64,000 bases of DNA, from NCBI GenBank assembly GCA_964477745.1, contig CAYZEI010000003.1, positions 6,168 to 70,167 on the forward strand, given 5' to 3'. Below the pieces are notes generated by a model. It made no database searches. It had not been told where the DNA came from and saw nothing but the letters and a program-made list of their open reading frames with translations. This stretch comes from an uncultured Candidatus Saccharibacteria bacterium (GTDB lineage: Bacteria; Patescibacteriota; Doudnabacteria; UBA920). A program made the position numbers and the translations under genes. This document shows, one piece after another, positions 9,078 through 18,711 of the stretch. How positions within the stretch are numbered: the stretch's first letter is position 1; every line of letters starts with the position of its first letter.

Positions 9078-9533
9078 TTATACTCTTCTCGGTTTCTTTG
9101 GCCTTACTCCGCCGTGCGGGGTTGGGGTCAAATCTTTTATAGTTAAAACGTTCAAACCGCTTCCTTGTAAAGCTCTTACAGCGGATTCTCTACCGGAGCC
9201 AATACCTTTAATTAAGACATCCACTTCGGCCAAGCCTCTTTCTTTCAAGCGATGCAAGACATCTTCCATGGTTCTTTGACCGGCATACGGAGTAGATTTT
9301 TTGGAACCTTTAAATCCGATTTTACCGGCACTGCACCACATTAAGACGTTTCCTGTCATATCGGTAACCGATACAATGGTGTTGTTGTAAGTGGAGTTTA
9401 TGTAAACCTTACCCTTAGTGACCTTGACCTTAGCCTTCTTTTTCTTGCTGGTCTTGATTTTAGCAACCGCGCTTAAAACAGCACTTTCGGCAGGCTGGTC
9501 GGTATTTTCAGTTGTTTTAATTTCTTCTGTCAT
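9078..9533 (-). CDS. rpsK: 30S ribosomal protein S11 with N-terminal extension
   Basis: The C-terminal core reads GKVYINSTYNNTIVSVTDMTGNVLMWCSAGKIGFKGSKKSTPYA...VRPKKPRRV. Confidence 0.9.
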   Translation of the reverse strand: MTEEIKTTENTDQPAESAVLSAVAKIKTSKKKKAKVKVTKGKVYINSTYNNTIVSVTDMTGNVLMWCSAGKIGFKGSKKSTPYAGQRTMEDVLHRLKERGLAEVDVLIKGIGSGRESAVRALQGSGLNVLTIKDLTPTPHGGVRPKKPRRV

Positions 9534-9554
9534 AAAGTTATTTAAATTAAAATT

Positions 9555-9944
9555 TTATGTCTTTTCTGAAGCATTCTTGCGACCACTGCCGGCTGTCTTA
9601 CGAACATTTCCTCTGCGGGTACGGGAATTGGTTTTGGTTCGTTGACCTCTAACCGGTAAGCCTCTAATATGGCGAATACCGCGGTAGGAAGAAATTTCTT
9701 TTAATCTTTTGATATTCAATAAAATTTGCTGTCTGAGTTCACCTTCTACTTTGAAAGTCTTCTCAATGTATTCACGAATCCTGTTTAATTCCGGCTCAGT
9801 TAGATCCTTGGTTCTTTTGTTAGGATCAACATTAGTTACAGCAAGAATTTTTTTAGACAATGTTAAACCGACCCCAAAAATATAAGGGAGGGCTGCTTCA
9901 ATTCTTTTTTCATTGGGGATGTTAACACCAGCTATACGAGCCAT
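9555..9944 (-). CDS. rpsM: 30S ribosomal protein S13
   Basis: [34 protein letters not shown]...[20 protein letters not shown]. Confidence 0.92.
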   Translation of the reverse strand: MARIAGVNIPNEKRIEAALPYIFGVGLTLSKKILAVTNVDPNKRTKDLTEPELNRIREYIEKTFKVEGELRQQILLNIKRLKEISSYRGIRHIRGLPVRGQRTKTNSRTRRGNVRKTAGSGRKNASEKT

Positions 9945-9952
9945 ATTTATAA

Positions 9953-9990
9953 ATTTAAGATTTATGATTTAAGAATTAAGATTTATATTG
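9953..9990. repeat. GATTTAA-family heptamer tandem repeat (rpsM|rpmJ spacer)
   Basis: aaatttaagatttatgatttaagaattaagattta. Confidence 0.7.
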
Positions 9991-10024
9991 CACAAGGCAA
10001 TCACAAACCTCACTTTTGTAGGCA

Positions 10025-10138
10025 CTACCCTTGGCGTTGTTTGTGCTTTGGGGTTTCACAAATTATGTATATCCGGCCAAATCGGCGGACAACTTTACAT
10101 TTTTTGCATATCGGTTTTACGCTTGCTCTAACTTTCAT
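10025..10138 (-). CDS. rpmJ: 50S ribosomal protein L36
   Basis: Not in the ORF track (37 aa). Hand translation of the minus strand gives [37 protein letters not shown], a canonical L36 with a C-x2-C...C-x4-H zinc ribbon, sitting between rpsM and infA as expected. Confidence 0.88.
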   Translation of the reverse strand: MKVRASVKPICKKCKVVRRFGRIYIICETPKHKQRQG

Positions 10139-10245
10139 ATATTGATTTAAGTGAATTAAAAGATTTAAATGATTGACATGATTACTAAATTTGCCATGAT
10201 TCTTGTCAATCTTTTAAATCATGTCAATTTTGTCAATTGTATTTT
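10139..10245. repeat. REP-like palindromic intergenic element (AAATGATTGACATGATT / AATCATGTCAATTTTGTCAATTG arms), rpmJ|infA spacer
   Basis: Imperfect inverted repeats built from TGTCAAT/ATTGACA words. Related elements occur at 15401-15483 and 44038-44080. Confidence 0.65.
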
Positions 10246-10500
10246 CTATCTCATTCTTCTGGTTATTCTTCCTTTAGTTAAATCGTAAGGCGTCATTTCC
10301 AGAATAACTCTGTCACCCGGCAATACTCTAATCATGTTCACTCTCATTTTTCCCGAAAGGTGGCCTGTGACTGTCTGCCCGGAGTCTAATTGGACGCGAA
10401 AAATAGCATTAGGCAAATTTTCTATTACTTTGCCCTCAAGTTCAATTACGTCCTTTTTATTTGTTCCAGACTTCCCTAAGTCTTGTGTGCTGATTGACAA
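10246..10500 (-). CDS. infA: translation initiation factor IF-1
   Basis: [59 protein letters not shown] is a canonical S1-like IF-1. Confidence 0.9.
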   Translation of the reverse strand: MSISTQDLGKSGTNKKDVIELEGKVIENLPNAIFRVQLDSGQTVTGHLSGKMRVNMIRVLPGDRVILEMTPYDLTKGRITRRMR

Positions 10501-10607
10501 ACTCTTTATAAGTTATATTATCTTTGACAATTTTAACATAAATAACGCGAATGTGTCAACACAAACTCGCGAGATAAAATACCCCTTAAATAAGCGGTTT
10601 AAAATTA

Positions 10608-12308
10608 TTATTCCCTTACCGATTCAATGTTCAAATGAATTTTTGAAACAAACAGAGGAAAATTTTTCTGCCAAGAAGGTGCGAGTGTAATTTCTACTTT
10701 GTCAATTTCGGCTTTGGACCTAAGTATTTCGTAGACTTCGGTTTGGCTTTTGCCAACCAGTTCCGGGGTAATGTTCGGCAAATCGACATTAAACACTGCC
10801 TGTCCTTCAAAATGGACATTTATTGTCCCCAGCTCATTACCCATGTCCAAATTCTTTATTTTGGCCGTAAAAGGCTGTTCGCTGTCAAATTTCAAAGTTT
10901 TATTGGATGAAAGTGTTTGCCCAATACGTGCGGAGATTAAATTAGCCAAATCTTTTTCGTTATAGGCCAACCCGTTAATTTTTGCTTCCAAAACCGCAGA
11001 AAAATTTGGGGTTTGGGCCCCAACCGCGTTATCTGTGGTAAATTGGGTTATTTCAAAAGTATACGCTTTGTCGGTCAATACCAATCCACTGGACTTTAAT
11101 TTCTCGTTTATTTCTTGTTGAGCCTTACTTTGAAGTTGTTTTTTTGCGCTGTCTATATCGTCTTGAGAAATAACAGACAAATACCTGGTCGTTCCGCCGG
11201 AAATTTCCGTGTCACTTTTAGCAAATAAAAACTGGGGCTTACTGCCAAATACCTGATTTGTAATTTCCAACCGAGTCCCTGCCGGCAAATTAAAATCTTC
11301 CCCTCCGGCACTAGCGGCTATTTCCACCGATTGGCTCAAAGAAGATTCGTCCACTTCCTTGGTTTTGGCGTTTTTGTAGACTGTGGGTTTAATTCCTGAA
11401 ACGTCGTTTATTAAGGTATATGTTTTGCTTCCGGCGGTCAGCACTGTTGTGGAAGACTTTAGATTTATTGGTAATTTGGTAAAATTATATATTTTAATTG
11501 TCCCGGCGGATTTATTACCCACCTGCTTTTTTCCTTGGCTCTGGAATTTCTCGGACAAATTAACCGTTTCCGCTATTTTCGTTGCGGGCATGGACAACTT
11601 TATAGGATCATTTTCTTTAAAGTTGGTACTAAAATTAATTTCCATATCCCGGGTCACCGGCTCAGTCTTGGGAAAAACCGCAACTGTAGCTTTTGGCAAA
11701 ACCAAAAAATTCAAAACCAAAGCTACAATAACCAGAATCGTAAACATACCCACCAATGTTTTTTTTGCCGAGCCTTTTTTTACTTTTTGCCGAACCTTCT
11801 CTTCACGGGGAAAAATACTGTCGGTAATGTCTACTTTCGGCAAAAATTCCGCTTCTTCAACAACGGACTTCTCCGTCTCCGAAGTAATATGCTTGGAAAC
11901 AATTTTAGCCGGAACTAATTTTTGCGCAACGTGTTTTATTTCTTTAACCGCATCCGAAAATAAATTTTCTTCGGCAATTTCCGGTTCTGGTTTTTGCTTA
12001 GGAGCGTTACGGTTCGGGAGCTTAACGTCGGAAAAAGAAGAAGAGACTTTACTTTTTGGTAAAAATTTCAACCCAAACCCGGCCTCTTTTGCATACAGCT
12101 GGCCTTTTTCGTCCATGGTCAAAATAAATACTTCCTTACCCATCATATCCAGCTGTTTTTTCAGCAGGCGCAAATTAATACTGTCGTTAAACAAAAAACA
12201 ACGCTTTGGACAAACCAAAACTATCTGCTTGGCAGAATTATGTTTTAACCGAGTGACGACCTTAGAAACATCGTCTTCCAAATTTATGTAAACACTGGGG
12301 ATGGACAT
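10608..12308 (-). CDS. hypothetical membrane-anchored protein (small cytoplasmic N-domain, one TM, large extracytoplasmic domain)
   Basis: 566 aa. Single TM LVGMFTILVIVALVLNFLVLP at about residue 190. No recognisable catalytic motif. It occupies the position upstream of infA where adk/map usually sit. Confidence 0.5.
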   Translation of the reverse strand: MSIPSVYINLEDDVSKVVTRLKHNSAKQIVLVCPKRCFLFNDSINLRLLKKQLDMMGKEVFILTMDEKGQLYAKEAGFGLKFLPKSKVSSSFSDVKLPNRNAPKQKPEPEIAEENLFSDAVKEIKHVAQKLVPAKIVSKHITSETEKSVVEEAEFLPKVDITDSIFPREEKVRQKVKKGSAKKTLVGMFTILVIVALVLNFLVLPKATVAVFPKTEPVTRDMEINFSTNFKENDPIKLSMPATKIAETVNLSEKFQSQGKKQVGNKSAGTIKIYNFTKLPINLKSSTTVLTAGSKTYTLINDVSGIKPTVYKNAKTKEVDESSLSQSVEIAASAGGEDFNLPAGTRLEITNQVFGSKPQFLFAKSDTEISGGTTRYLSVISQDDIDSAKKQLQSKAQQEINEKLKSSGLVLTDKAYTFEITQFTTDNAVGAQTPNFSAVLEAKINGLAYNEKDLANLISARIGQTLSSNKTLKFDSEQPFTAKIKNLDMGNELGTINVHFEGQAVFNVDLPNITPELVGKSQTEVYEILRSKAEIDKVEITLAPSWQKNFPLFVSKIHLNIESVRE

Positions 12309-12384
12309 GTAAGGAAAGGGAAATTGAAATCTACTGCTATTTTATGCCAAATTCACCAGTTAATCAATAGAGAATCCAAACTTA

Positions 12385-13551
12385 TTACAAAAGGCCTTTA
12401 TATGCCAATCTTTTGTTAAAGCTTATCTTTTTACTGCTTTCCACCTGAGGCTGATCAAATGGCTCTACACCTCTTAAAACAGAAGAATAAACGGCAAATA
12501 GTTGCCAAAATGCCAGCAGTGCCCCAATTTCTTGCGGGGTCGGCGAAGTAACCGACAAGTGAGCTAACGGAATTCCTTGAATCCTGGCATCTTCAAAGGT
12601 GCCTTCAAACTCATAACCCATAGCTTCCTTAAGCGGAATTTTGCTGACATCAAAAAGGGCATGCCCTTTTAATTGCACGCTGTGAGTTTGGGGCGGGTAA
12701 ACGGCGGTTAAATTATTTTTAAAATTATCCACAGAAGTAAAAAAACCGCAAATATTTTTTATCCCGCCAAAGAATCTTTGGTTGGTGTGATGCTGAGACT
12801 CCGGAGCTTCGTGGGCAAAATAAGTTTGGCCTTTACCCTCTTTACCAAAACTTTCGTGACATAATTGTACAATCACCGCGGACATTGGAAATAGATTGTG
12901 CGTATAAAAAGGCATAAAGACATCCACAAATCCTTTTTGTTCCAATTGCCAAAATATAGACGAAGCTTTAAATGCCAAATTATCTTTTGGGTAAAGATTA
13001 AAAAAACTTTTTGCTCCTTCGTATAACCCCTTAACATCCAAACCAACAATCGCAGCGGGTAACAAGCCCACTTCAGTAAAACCGGTATAGCGACCGCCGA
13101 TTGGCGGATGCATAATAATTTTCGTATTTAATTTTTCCGCCATAGCTCTAACCGGACTGCTTTTACCGGTTACAAACAACAACGGGTAATCCAAAAATTG
13201 TGATACCGCTTCTATTTGCGTCATATTTTCCCCGGACTTACTAATGGCAATTACCAAAGTATCTGCCGGTTTTAACATTCTTTTAAGTTCTGCAATATAA
13301 TCCGGGTCAGCTGTGCTTAAAAAATATGCTTGCTTGGTCGCTTGATATTTCAAGGCATTATAAAAACCGTAAAAACTGGTTATGCTTCCGCCATGGCCGA
13401 CAACCAAAATGTTTTTATACTGCTCATATTCTTTGGCCAGTTTTTCCATTTCTTCAAAATCCGGCACATACTGAACAAACGCCGGAATTTCGGGTAATTT
13501 TATAGTTTCTATTTCTGCCGGTTTTGGGCAGTTATAAAATTCTAGTTTCAT
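12385..13551 (-). CDS. pgi: glucose-6-phosphate isomerase (short SIS-type PGI)
   Basis: 388 aa. SIS-domain motifs VVGHGGSITSFYGFYNAL and GGRYTGFTEVGLLPAAIVGLD resemble the PGI sugar-isomerase domains. Confidence 0.7.
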   Translation of the reverse strand: MKLEFYNCPKPAEIETIKLPEIPAFVQYVPDFEEMEKLAKEYEQYKNILVVGHGGSITSFYGFYNALKYQATKQAYFLSTADPDYIAELKRMLKPADTLVIAISKSGENMTQIEAVSQFLDYPLLFVTGKSSPVRAMAEKLNTKIIMHPPIGGRYTGFTEVGLLPAAIVGLDVKGLYEGAKSFFNLYPKDNLAFKASSIFWQLEQKGFVDVFMPFYTHNLFPMSAVIVQLCHESFGKEGKGQTYFAHEAPESQHHTNQRFFGGIKNICGFFTSVDNFKNNLTAVYPPQTHSVQLKGHALFDVSKIPLKEAMGYEFEGTFEDARIQGIPLAHLSVTSPTPQEIGALLAFWQLFAVYSSVLRGVEPFDQPQVESSKKISFNKRLAYKGLL

Positions 13552-13554
13552 ACT

Positions 13555-13590
13555 TTAGATTTAGGATTTCAGATTTTTGATTTTAGTTGG
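13555..13590. repeat. heptamer repeat AGATTTA/GGATTTC/AGATTTT/TGATTTT (pgi|alaS spacer)
   Basis: agatttaggatttcagatttttgattttag. Confidence 0.7.
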
Positions 13591-13597
13591 TAGATTG

Positions 13598-15400
13598 CTA
13601 ATCAATTATGGCTTTGATGCGACGGACGCCGGCGGAAGAGGCTTCTTCTTTTTGGATTTTAAATTTACCGATTACTCCAGTGTGCTCAACGTGGGGACCA
13701 CCACAAAATTCGCGAGAGACAATTTCATTTGTGGCAGGATCAGAGACTGTATAAACAGAAACCGTGTCCGCGTATTTTTCCCCGAACACACCAATAGCAT
13801 CCAACTTGCGGGCGTCTTCGTAAGGCATAATTTCTTTTTTCATGGTTAAGTCGCGCTCAATCCAGCCATTAACCAACTCTTCCACTTTCTTTTTTTCTTC
13901 ATCGGTCATTTTCTGGGTATGGGTAAAATCAAACCGTGTGCGTTCTTCTGTAATATTACTCCCCTTTTGCCAGACATCTTTACCCAAAACTATTCTTAAA
14001 GCCGCGTTCATTAAATGAGTGGCTGTATGCAGGCGAACTATTTTATCTGAGTGTGATGCGAGTCCGCCTTTAAACTGCCCAGCTGAAGCAGTGCGGGAAA
14101 GTTCTTGGTGTTTTTTAAATTCAGATTCAAATTCGGTTTTGTCAATTTTTTGTCCGGCCGCAACTGCCAATTCCTGAGTCAGCTCCCAAGGAAAGCCATA
14201 CGTCTGATAAAGATTAAATGCGTCAGTGCCTGTTATTCGGGTCATTCGGATATCATTCGTAGATTCGGATCGGGACAACAATTTTTCAAATTCTTTCATG
14301 CCCTTATCTAAGGTGATTCCAAACTTTTTCTGTTCTCCTTCGATCACCGCAAAAATTGCTTGGGATTTTTCGGTTAATTCAATATAAGCTTCCGTATAAG
14401 TAAAAATTACTTGGCCGACTAATGCCTTAAGCCAATGAGCCTTGAGATTCAACAACTTTCCCATAACCATAGCTCGGCGCAAAAGACGGCGCAAAACATA
14501 ACCGCGGTCTTTATTGGAAGGCTCCACACCGTCACAAACAATAAACACAGAAGCACGAATGTGATCCAAAATAATTCTGGCTTTCTTTATTTCGTCGTTA
14601 GACAAAATTTCCTGATCCAGAGCAATTACTTCCCACATTGTCTTAAACAAATCCGTATCGTATGCGGATTTCTGCCCATTTAAAACAGTCAGCACTCGCT
14701 CTAAACCCATACCGGTATCCACATTTGGCTTTGGCAAAGGAGTGAGTGAACCATCTTCATGCTTTTGGAACTGCATAAAAACATCATTCCAAATTTCTAC
14801 CCAACGCGGTTCGTTGACATCATAACTTTCCGGCGCCGGAGTGCCGTCGTCAATCCAATAATGCATTTCTGTATCCGGCCCGCAAGGTCCGGTCGCACCC
14901 GCTATCCACCAATTTTTTTCTTTAGGCAAAAAAGAAATTCTTTTTTCCGGAACACCGAGCGATTTCCAAATTTCAGCCGACTCTTCGTCACGCGGAGCAT
15001 CATTATCCCCGGCAAAACAAGTAAAGGCCAACCTATTCAATGACAAACCTAACCATTCTTTACTGGTTAAAAATTCAAAGCTCCAAGTAATGGCCTCTTT
15101 TTTAAAGTAGTCACCAAAACTCCAATTACCGCACATCTCAAAAAATGTGTTGTGGGTCGGATCACCGACTTCATCAATATCTCCCGTGCGAATACATCTC
15201 TGCACGTTAGCAACTCTTTTTCCGCCCGGGTGTTCTTGTCCTAACAAATACGGAACCAGTGGGTGCATTCCTGCTGTGGTAAACAAAACACTGGAATCAT
15301 TTTCCGGCACCAAAGACGCCGAAGGAATTATGGTATGACCCTTAGTTTCGAAAAACTTAAGATATTTATTTCGTAGCTCTTGAGCTGTAATGTTAGGCAT
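13598..15400 (-). CDS. alaS: alanine--tRNA ligase, C-terminally short form (600 aa; catalytic, tRNA-binding and editing domains, no C-Ala domain)
   Basis: N-terminus: MPNITAQELRNKYLKFFETKGHTIIPSASLVPENDSSVLFTTAGMHPLVPY. Editing-domain motif: HTATHLMNAALRIVLG and HVEHTGVIGKFKI. Confidence 0.88.
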   Translation of the reverse strand: MPNITAQELRNKYLKFFETKGHTIIPSASLVPENDSSVLFTTAGMHPLVPYLLGQEHPGGKRVANVQRCIRTGDIDEVGDPTHNTFFEMCGNWSFGDYFKKEAITWSFEFLTSKEWLGLSLNRLAFTCFAGDNDAPRDEESAEIWKSLGVPEKRISFLPKEKNWWIAGATGPCGPDTEMHYWIDDGTPAPESYDVNEPRWVEIWNDVFMQFQKHEDGSLTPLPKPNVDTGMGLERVLTVLNGQKSAYDTDLFKTMWEVIALDQEILSNDEIKKARIILDHIRASVFIVCDGVEPSNKDRGYVLRRLLRRAMVMGKLLNLKAHWLKALVGQVIFTYTEAYIELTEKSQAIFAVIEGEQKKFGITLDKGMKEFEKLLSRSESTNDIRMTRITGTDAFNLYQTYGFPWELTQELAVAAGQKIDKTEFESEFKKHQELSRTASAGQFKGGLASHSDKIVRLHTATHLMNAALRIVLGKDVWQKGSNITEERTRFDFTHTQKMTDEEKKKVEELVNGWIERDLTMKKEIMPYEDARKLDAIGVFGEKYADTVSVYTVSDPATNEIVSREFCGGPHVEHTGVIGKFKIQKEEASSAGVRRIKAIID

Positions 15401-15483
15401 TGGGAAAATTTAAATGATTGTCATGATTGACCAAGATTGACATGAATGAAACTGCATGAAAATCTTGTTCAATCATTTAAATC
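15401..15483. repeat. REP-like palindromic intergenic element (alaS|ctpA spacer)
   Basis: aaatttaaatgattgtcatgattgaccaagattgacatgaatg ... aaaatcttgttcaatcatttaaatcttatttaatcttgttcaattc. The arms are approximate reverse complements and share the AAATGATTG[AT]CATGATT core with 10139-10245. Confidence 0.65.
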
Positions 15484-16761
15484 TTATTTAATCTTGTTCA
15501 ATTCTTCTACTGCTTTATCCATTTGTGGGTCTTTGCCGGCGTTAAAATCTTCTTCGGTCAGTTTGACCTCAAAGTCCGGTTGTAGCCCGTCATGGTTCAA
15601 ATTCTTACCACCTGGGGTAATCCATTTGGCCACGGTAACTTTAACCGCGCCACCACCGGGCAAATCTACCAATTCCTGCACACTGCCTTTACCAAAAGAT
15701 TTTTCACCGATCAAATTTGCAATATTATGGTCTTTAAGAGCACCGGCTAAAATTTCCGAAGCCGAAGCAGAACCACCGTTAATTAAAATTACTGTTTTAA
15801 TTCCCGCCAGCCGACTTGTCCCTTGGGCATTAAATTTAATATTTGAACCGTCGCTATGAGCTTCGGATACAACCAAGTCACCAGTCTTTAACCAATTGGA
15901 GGCAACATCTACCGCGGTTTGCAAATATCCACCCGGGTCATTTCTTAAATCCAAAACCACCCCGGAAACATTTTTAGTCAAAATTTCCGTTACCGCTTTA
16001 TCAAATAGCCCCTTGGTGTCATCGCCAAACCGGCTCAAAGTAATTATTGCAATGGTTTTTTTCTGACCATTAACTTCTGTCTCTTTGTAACTTAACTTTA
16101 CGCTTTTAATGGCAATCACATCGCGCACAATTTTAACTTCAAACGGCTTGTCCTTGCCTTCGCGAAAAATAGATAGAGTAACTGTCGTACCTTTAGGCCC
16201 GCGAATTTTATCTACGGCCTGGTCCACTGACCAATCCTGAGTTGATTGTCCGTCTACCGAAACAATAATATCTTTGGCCTGAAGCCCGGCACGCTTGGCC
16301 GGTGTGTCATCTATAGGGGCCACAATTACTATTACATTATTTTTCTTTCCGACCTCGGCGCCAATTCCGCCAAAACTCCCTTTTAGATCGGTTTTAAAAC
16401 TTTCCAAAGTTTTTGGTTCAAAGAAAGTGGTATATGGGTCACCCAAAGATTCAACCGCACCCTTAACCGCGCCGTATAAAACTTTTTGCTGATTAATGGA
16501 ATCTTTTTCAATATACTTTGTACCCACAACTTCCAAAGCTTTCCATAACAAACTGTAATCCACAGTTGCCGGAACCTGTGCCTGGTTTATTACTTTAAAT
16601 TCTTTGGGCTCAAAGGTATAGCCCTTTTTTCCGCTTTGAAAACCGCTATAATACGCACCGCAAACTACGATTAAGATTATTATCCACTTTAATGCCACCG
16701 CGGGCATTTTAGGGTCTAGTTGCTGACGATTTTGACCATTCTGATTTTCTGATGATTCCAT
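15484..16761 (-). CDS. ctpA: carboxyl-terminal processing protease (S41 peptidase with PDZ domain)
   Basis: N-terminal TM. The PDZ domain reads GIGAEVGKKNNVIVIVAPIDDTPAKRAGLQAKDIIVSVDG. S41 core: TVILINGGSASASEILAGALKD. Confidence 0.88.
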   Translation of the reverse strand: MESSENQNGQNRQQLDPKMPAVALKWIIILIVVCGAYYSGFQSGKKGYTFEPKEFKVINQAQVPATVDYSLLWKALEVVGTKYIEKDSINQQKVLYGAVKGAVESLGDPYTTFFEPKTLESFKTDLKGSFGGIGAEVGKKNNVIVIVAPIDDTPAKRAGLQAKDIIVSVDGQSTQDWSVDQAVDKIRGPKGTTVTLSIFREGKDKPFEVKIVRDVIAIKSVKLSYKETEVNGQKKTIAIITLSRFGDDTKGLFDKAVTEILTKNVSGVVLDLRNDPGGYLQTAVDVASNWLKTGDLVVSEAHSDGSNIKFNAQGTSRLAGIKTVILINGGSASASEILAGALKDHNIANLIGEKSFGKGSVQELVDLPGGGAVKVTVAKWITPGGKNLNHDGLQPDFEVKLTEEDFNAGKDPQMDKAVEELNKIK

Positions 16762-16820
16762 TATATTTTTCCTAATATTAAGTATATGTATTATAACAAA
16801 CTTTTAGCTTTATTGTGAAA

Positions 16821-17687
16821 TTACTTGCTCACGACGGGCTTACTTTTAACCGAATTAATTAAAATTAAAACTCCAAGTCTGGCATGTATTCCAACATAGA
16901 CCAACCAATTTATAAAAAATGGGTACTGATTTTTATAATGCTTGCGATAAAAAATCCACATTGCTTCATGGAACCACTTTAAGGCTTTTAAGGCAATTTT
17001 GGCCGATGACGACCCTTTAAAATGGGTTATAAAAGTTTTTGGATAATACCAGACTTTAAAGCCTTCCTCTTTGCAACGCCAACACCAATCTATATCTTCG
17101 CCGTACATAAAAAACTCTTCGTCCAGCAAACCGATTAAATCAACTACGGACTTACGAATTAACAAAAATGCGCCCATTACGGAATCAATTTCCATTTCTT
17201 GATTAACATCAACCGTAGTTAAATTATAGTCTGCATTAGAAAGTAAAAATAATCTTTTAAAACTATTCCATGGGTTCGGAAATTTCCTCCGGCAGGCCAA
17301 ATCCAAACTTCCATCCGGCTTAACAACCTTACACCCGCTAACCCCGACTTCGGAATGGCTGTCCATAAAATTCAACATCACTTCAAGTGTATTTTTTTCA
17401 ATTTTGGTATCCGGATTCAGCAGTAAGATATATTTACCGCTAGCCTGCTTAATACCTAAATTATTCCCCGCTGCAAATCCCGTGTTTTGGTTTTTAATAA
17501 TCTTTAAATCTTTAAATCTTAAATCTTTTAATTGGCTTTCCAACCACTCATAAGTGCCGTCATTGGAGCCGTTATCTACGACAATTACTTCATAGGAGTA
17601 TTTTGTCTCAGATGCAAAAACCGACGGTAAAAGCCGTTGCAAATCCAACTTTGATTTATAAGATAAAATAATTATTGATAAATCCAT
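16821..17687 (-). CDS. glycosyltransferase family 2
   Basis: ORF 16821..17693; likely start MDLSIIILSYKSK. GT2 motifs VVDNGSNDGT and a DxD-containing region GEDIDWCWR. It contains an in-frame (GATTTAA)-family tract at 17499-17530 encoding LKDLRFKDLKII. Confidence 0.85.
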   Translation of the reverse strand: MDLSIIILSYKSKLDLQRLLPSVFASETKYSYEVIVVDNGSNDGTYEWLESQLKDLRFKDLKIIKNQNTGFAAGNNLGIKQASGKYILLLNPDTKIEKNTLEVMLNFMDSHSEVGVSGCKVVKPDGSLDLACRRKFPNPWNSFKRLFLLSNADYNLTTVDVNQEMEIDSVMGAFLLIRKSVVDLIGLLDEEFFMYGEDIDWCWRCKEEGFKVWYYPKTFITHFKGSSSAKIALKALKWFHEAMWIFYRKHYKNQYPFFINWLVYVGIHARLGVLILINSVKSKPVVSK

Positions 17688-17698
17688 AAACAATTACA

Positions 17699-18685
17699 TT
17701 ATGACCAAATAATTTTTCTTTTCTTCCACATCTTCGGTAAGAGTTTAAACATTTGCGGCAAAATTTTAAACGTACTTATTTCAAAAAACAAAACATAAAA
17801 AAACATAAAAAATTCGCGTGCAAAAAACTGCGGGTAAAACCATTTACTATTTTTTATGTACATAAAAATATGGTTTTGATAATTTAGTTGCCGAATACGT
17901 GGGGAAATGGCTTTGTGATGTTTTATAAATCCAAGCAGGTCTTTATACCCATTTTTAGATGACCCGGCTCCCCTGCCATGGTAGCCAATGGCTAGTGGTG
18001 CAAATTTACACTGCCAGCCGGCATTACTCATTCGCCAAGCCAAATCCACGTCTTCCCAATATGAATGAAAGTCCTCATCGAAAAATTCTGTTCTAGCTTC
18101 TAGCTTATAGCTTATAGCTTTTAGGGATGAAGCTCTGTACATTGCTCCGGCAGCGGATACCGCTTGTACACTTGTATCCTTATCATACTGACCCATGTCT
18201 ATTTCGTGCTGACCTCTGTCACGCGCCCGCCCGGATTTGCTGATTACCACGCCCGTGGTATCAATGAGCTTATGATTTAAGATGTAAGATTTAAGATTTG
18301 GGGAACCCTGTACAATCAAGTCGCCAGGAGCTTGATAAAGTTTTCCGGTTACTGCTCCTACTTTTTCGTCTTGAAAAACTTTTAACATTTGTTCAATATA
18401 ATCCGGTTCCATAATCATATCCGGATTCACCAGTTGAAAAAAATCCGCACTATATTTTTGGAAAACTAAATTATGGCCTTTGGCAAAACCAATATTGTAG
18501 CCGGGGTCAATTATTGTCACTTCTGGAAACTTTTCCGCCAAAAATTCTTTCCCACCGTCATCATTGCCGGAAATTACCGCCACGACTTCAAAATTTTTGT
18601 GCGTTTGGGAAAATATTGCGTTAAAAACCGGCTCAATGAACCGCTTGGTATTATATATGACTTGGACAATTACGACTTTGGGCAT
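17699..18685 (-). CDS. glycosyltransferase family 2
   Basis: MPKVVIVQVIYNTKRFIEPVFNAIFSQTHKNFEVVAVISGNDDGG...EDVDLAWRMSNAGW. It contains in-frame heptamer tracts at 18105-18135 ((TAGCTTA)4) and 18273-18299 (GATTTAAGATGTAAGATTTAAGATTTG, encoding NLKSYILN). Confidence 0.85.
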   Translation of the reverse strand: MPKVVIVQVIYNTKRFIEPVFNAIFSQTHKNFEVVAVISGNDDGGKEFLAEKFPEVTIIDPGYNIGFAKGHNLVFQKYSADFFQLVNPDMIMEPDYIEQMLKVFQDEKVGAVTGKLYQAPGDLIVQGSPNLKSYILNHKLIDTTGVVISKSGRARDRGQHEIDMGQYDKDTSVQAVSAAGAMYRASSLKAISYKLEARTEFFDEDFHSYWEDVDLAWRMSNAGWQCKFAPLAIGYHGRGAGSSKNGYKDLLGFIKHHKAISPRIRQLNYQNHIFMYIKNSKWFYPQFFAREFFMFFYVLFFEISTFKILPQMFKLLPKMWKKRKIIWS

Positions 18686-18711
18686 TTGCAGTAGTTATAA
18701 GTTATTAATTA

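Noticed and set aside
11383-12291. 302-aa plus-strand ORF (and 11535..11918)
   Set aside because: It is antisense to and nested within the 566-aa minus-strand gene 10608..12308, with low-complexity composition, and is most likely a shadow ORF. Similar antisense shadow ORFs inside long CDSs were rejected, e.g. 2724..3122, 4472..4702, 7397..7944, 14105..15338, 15446..15859, 33389..34147, 39225..39557, 49866..50213, 50367..51540, 52579..52854, 57990..58193, 60276..60704, 61237..61776 and 62645..62951.
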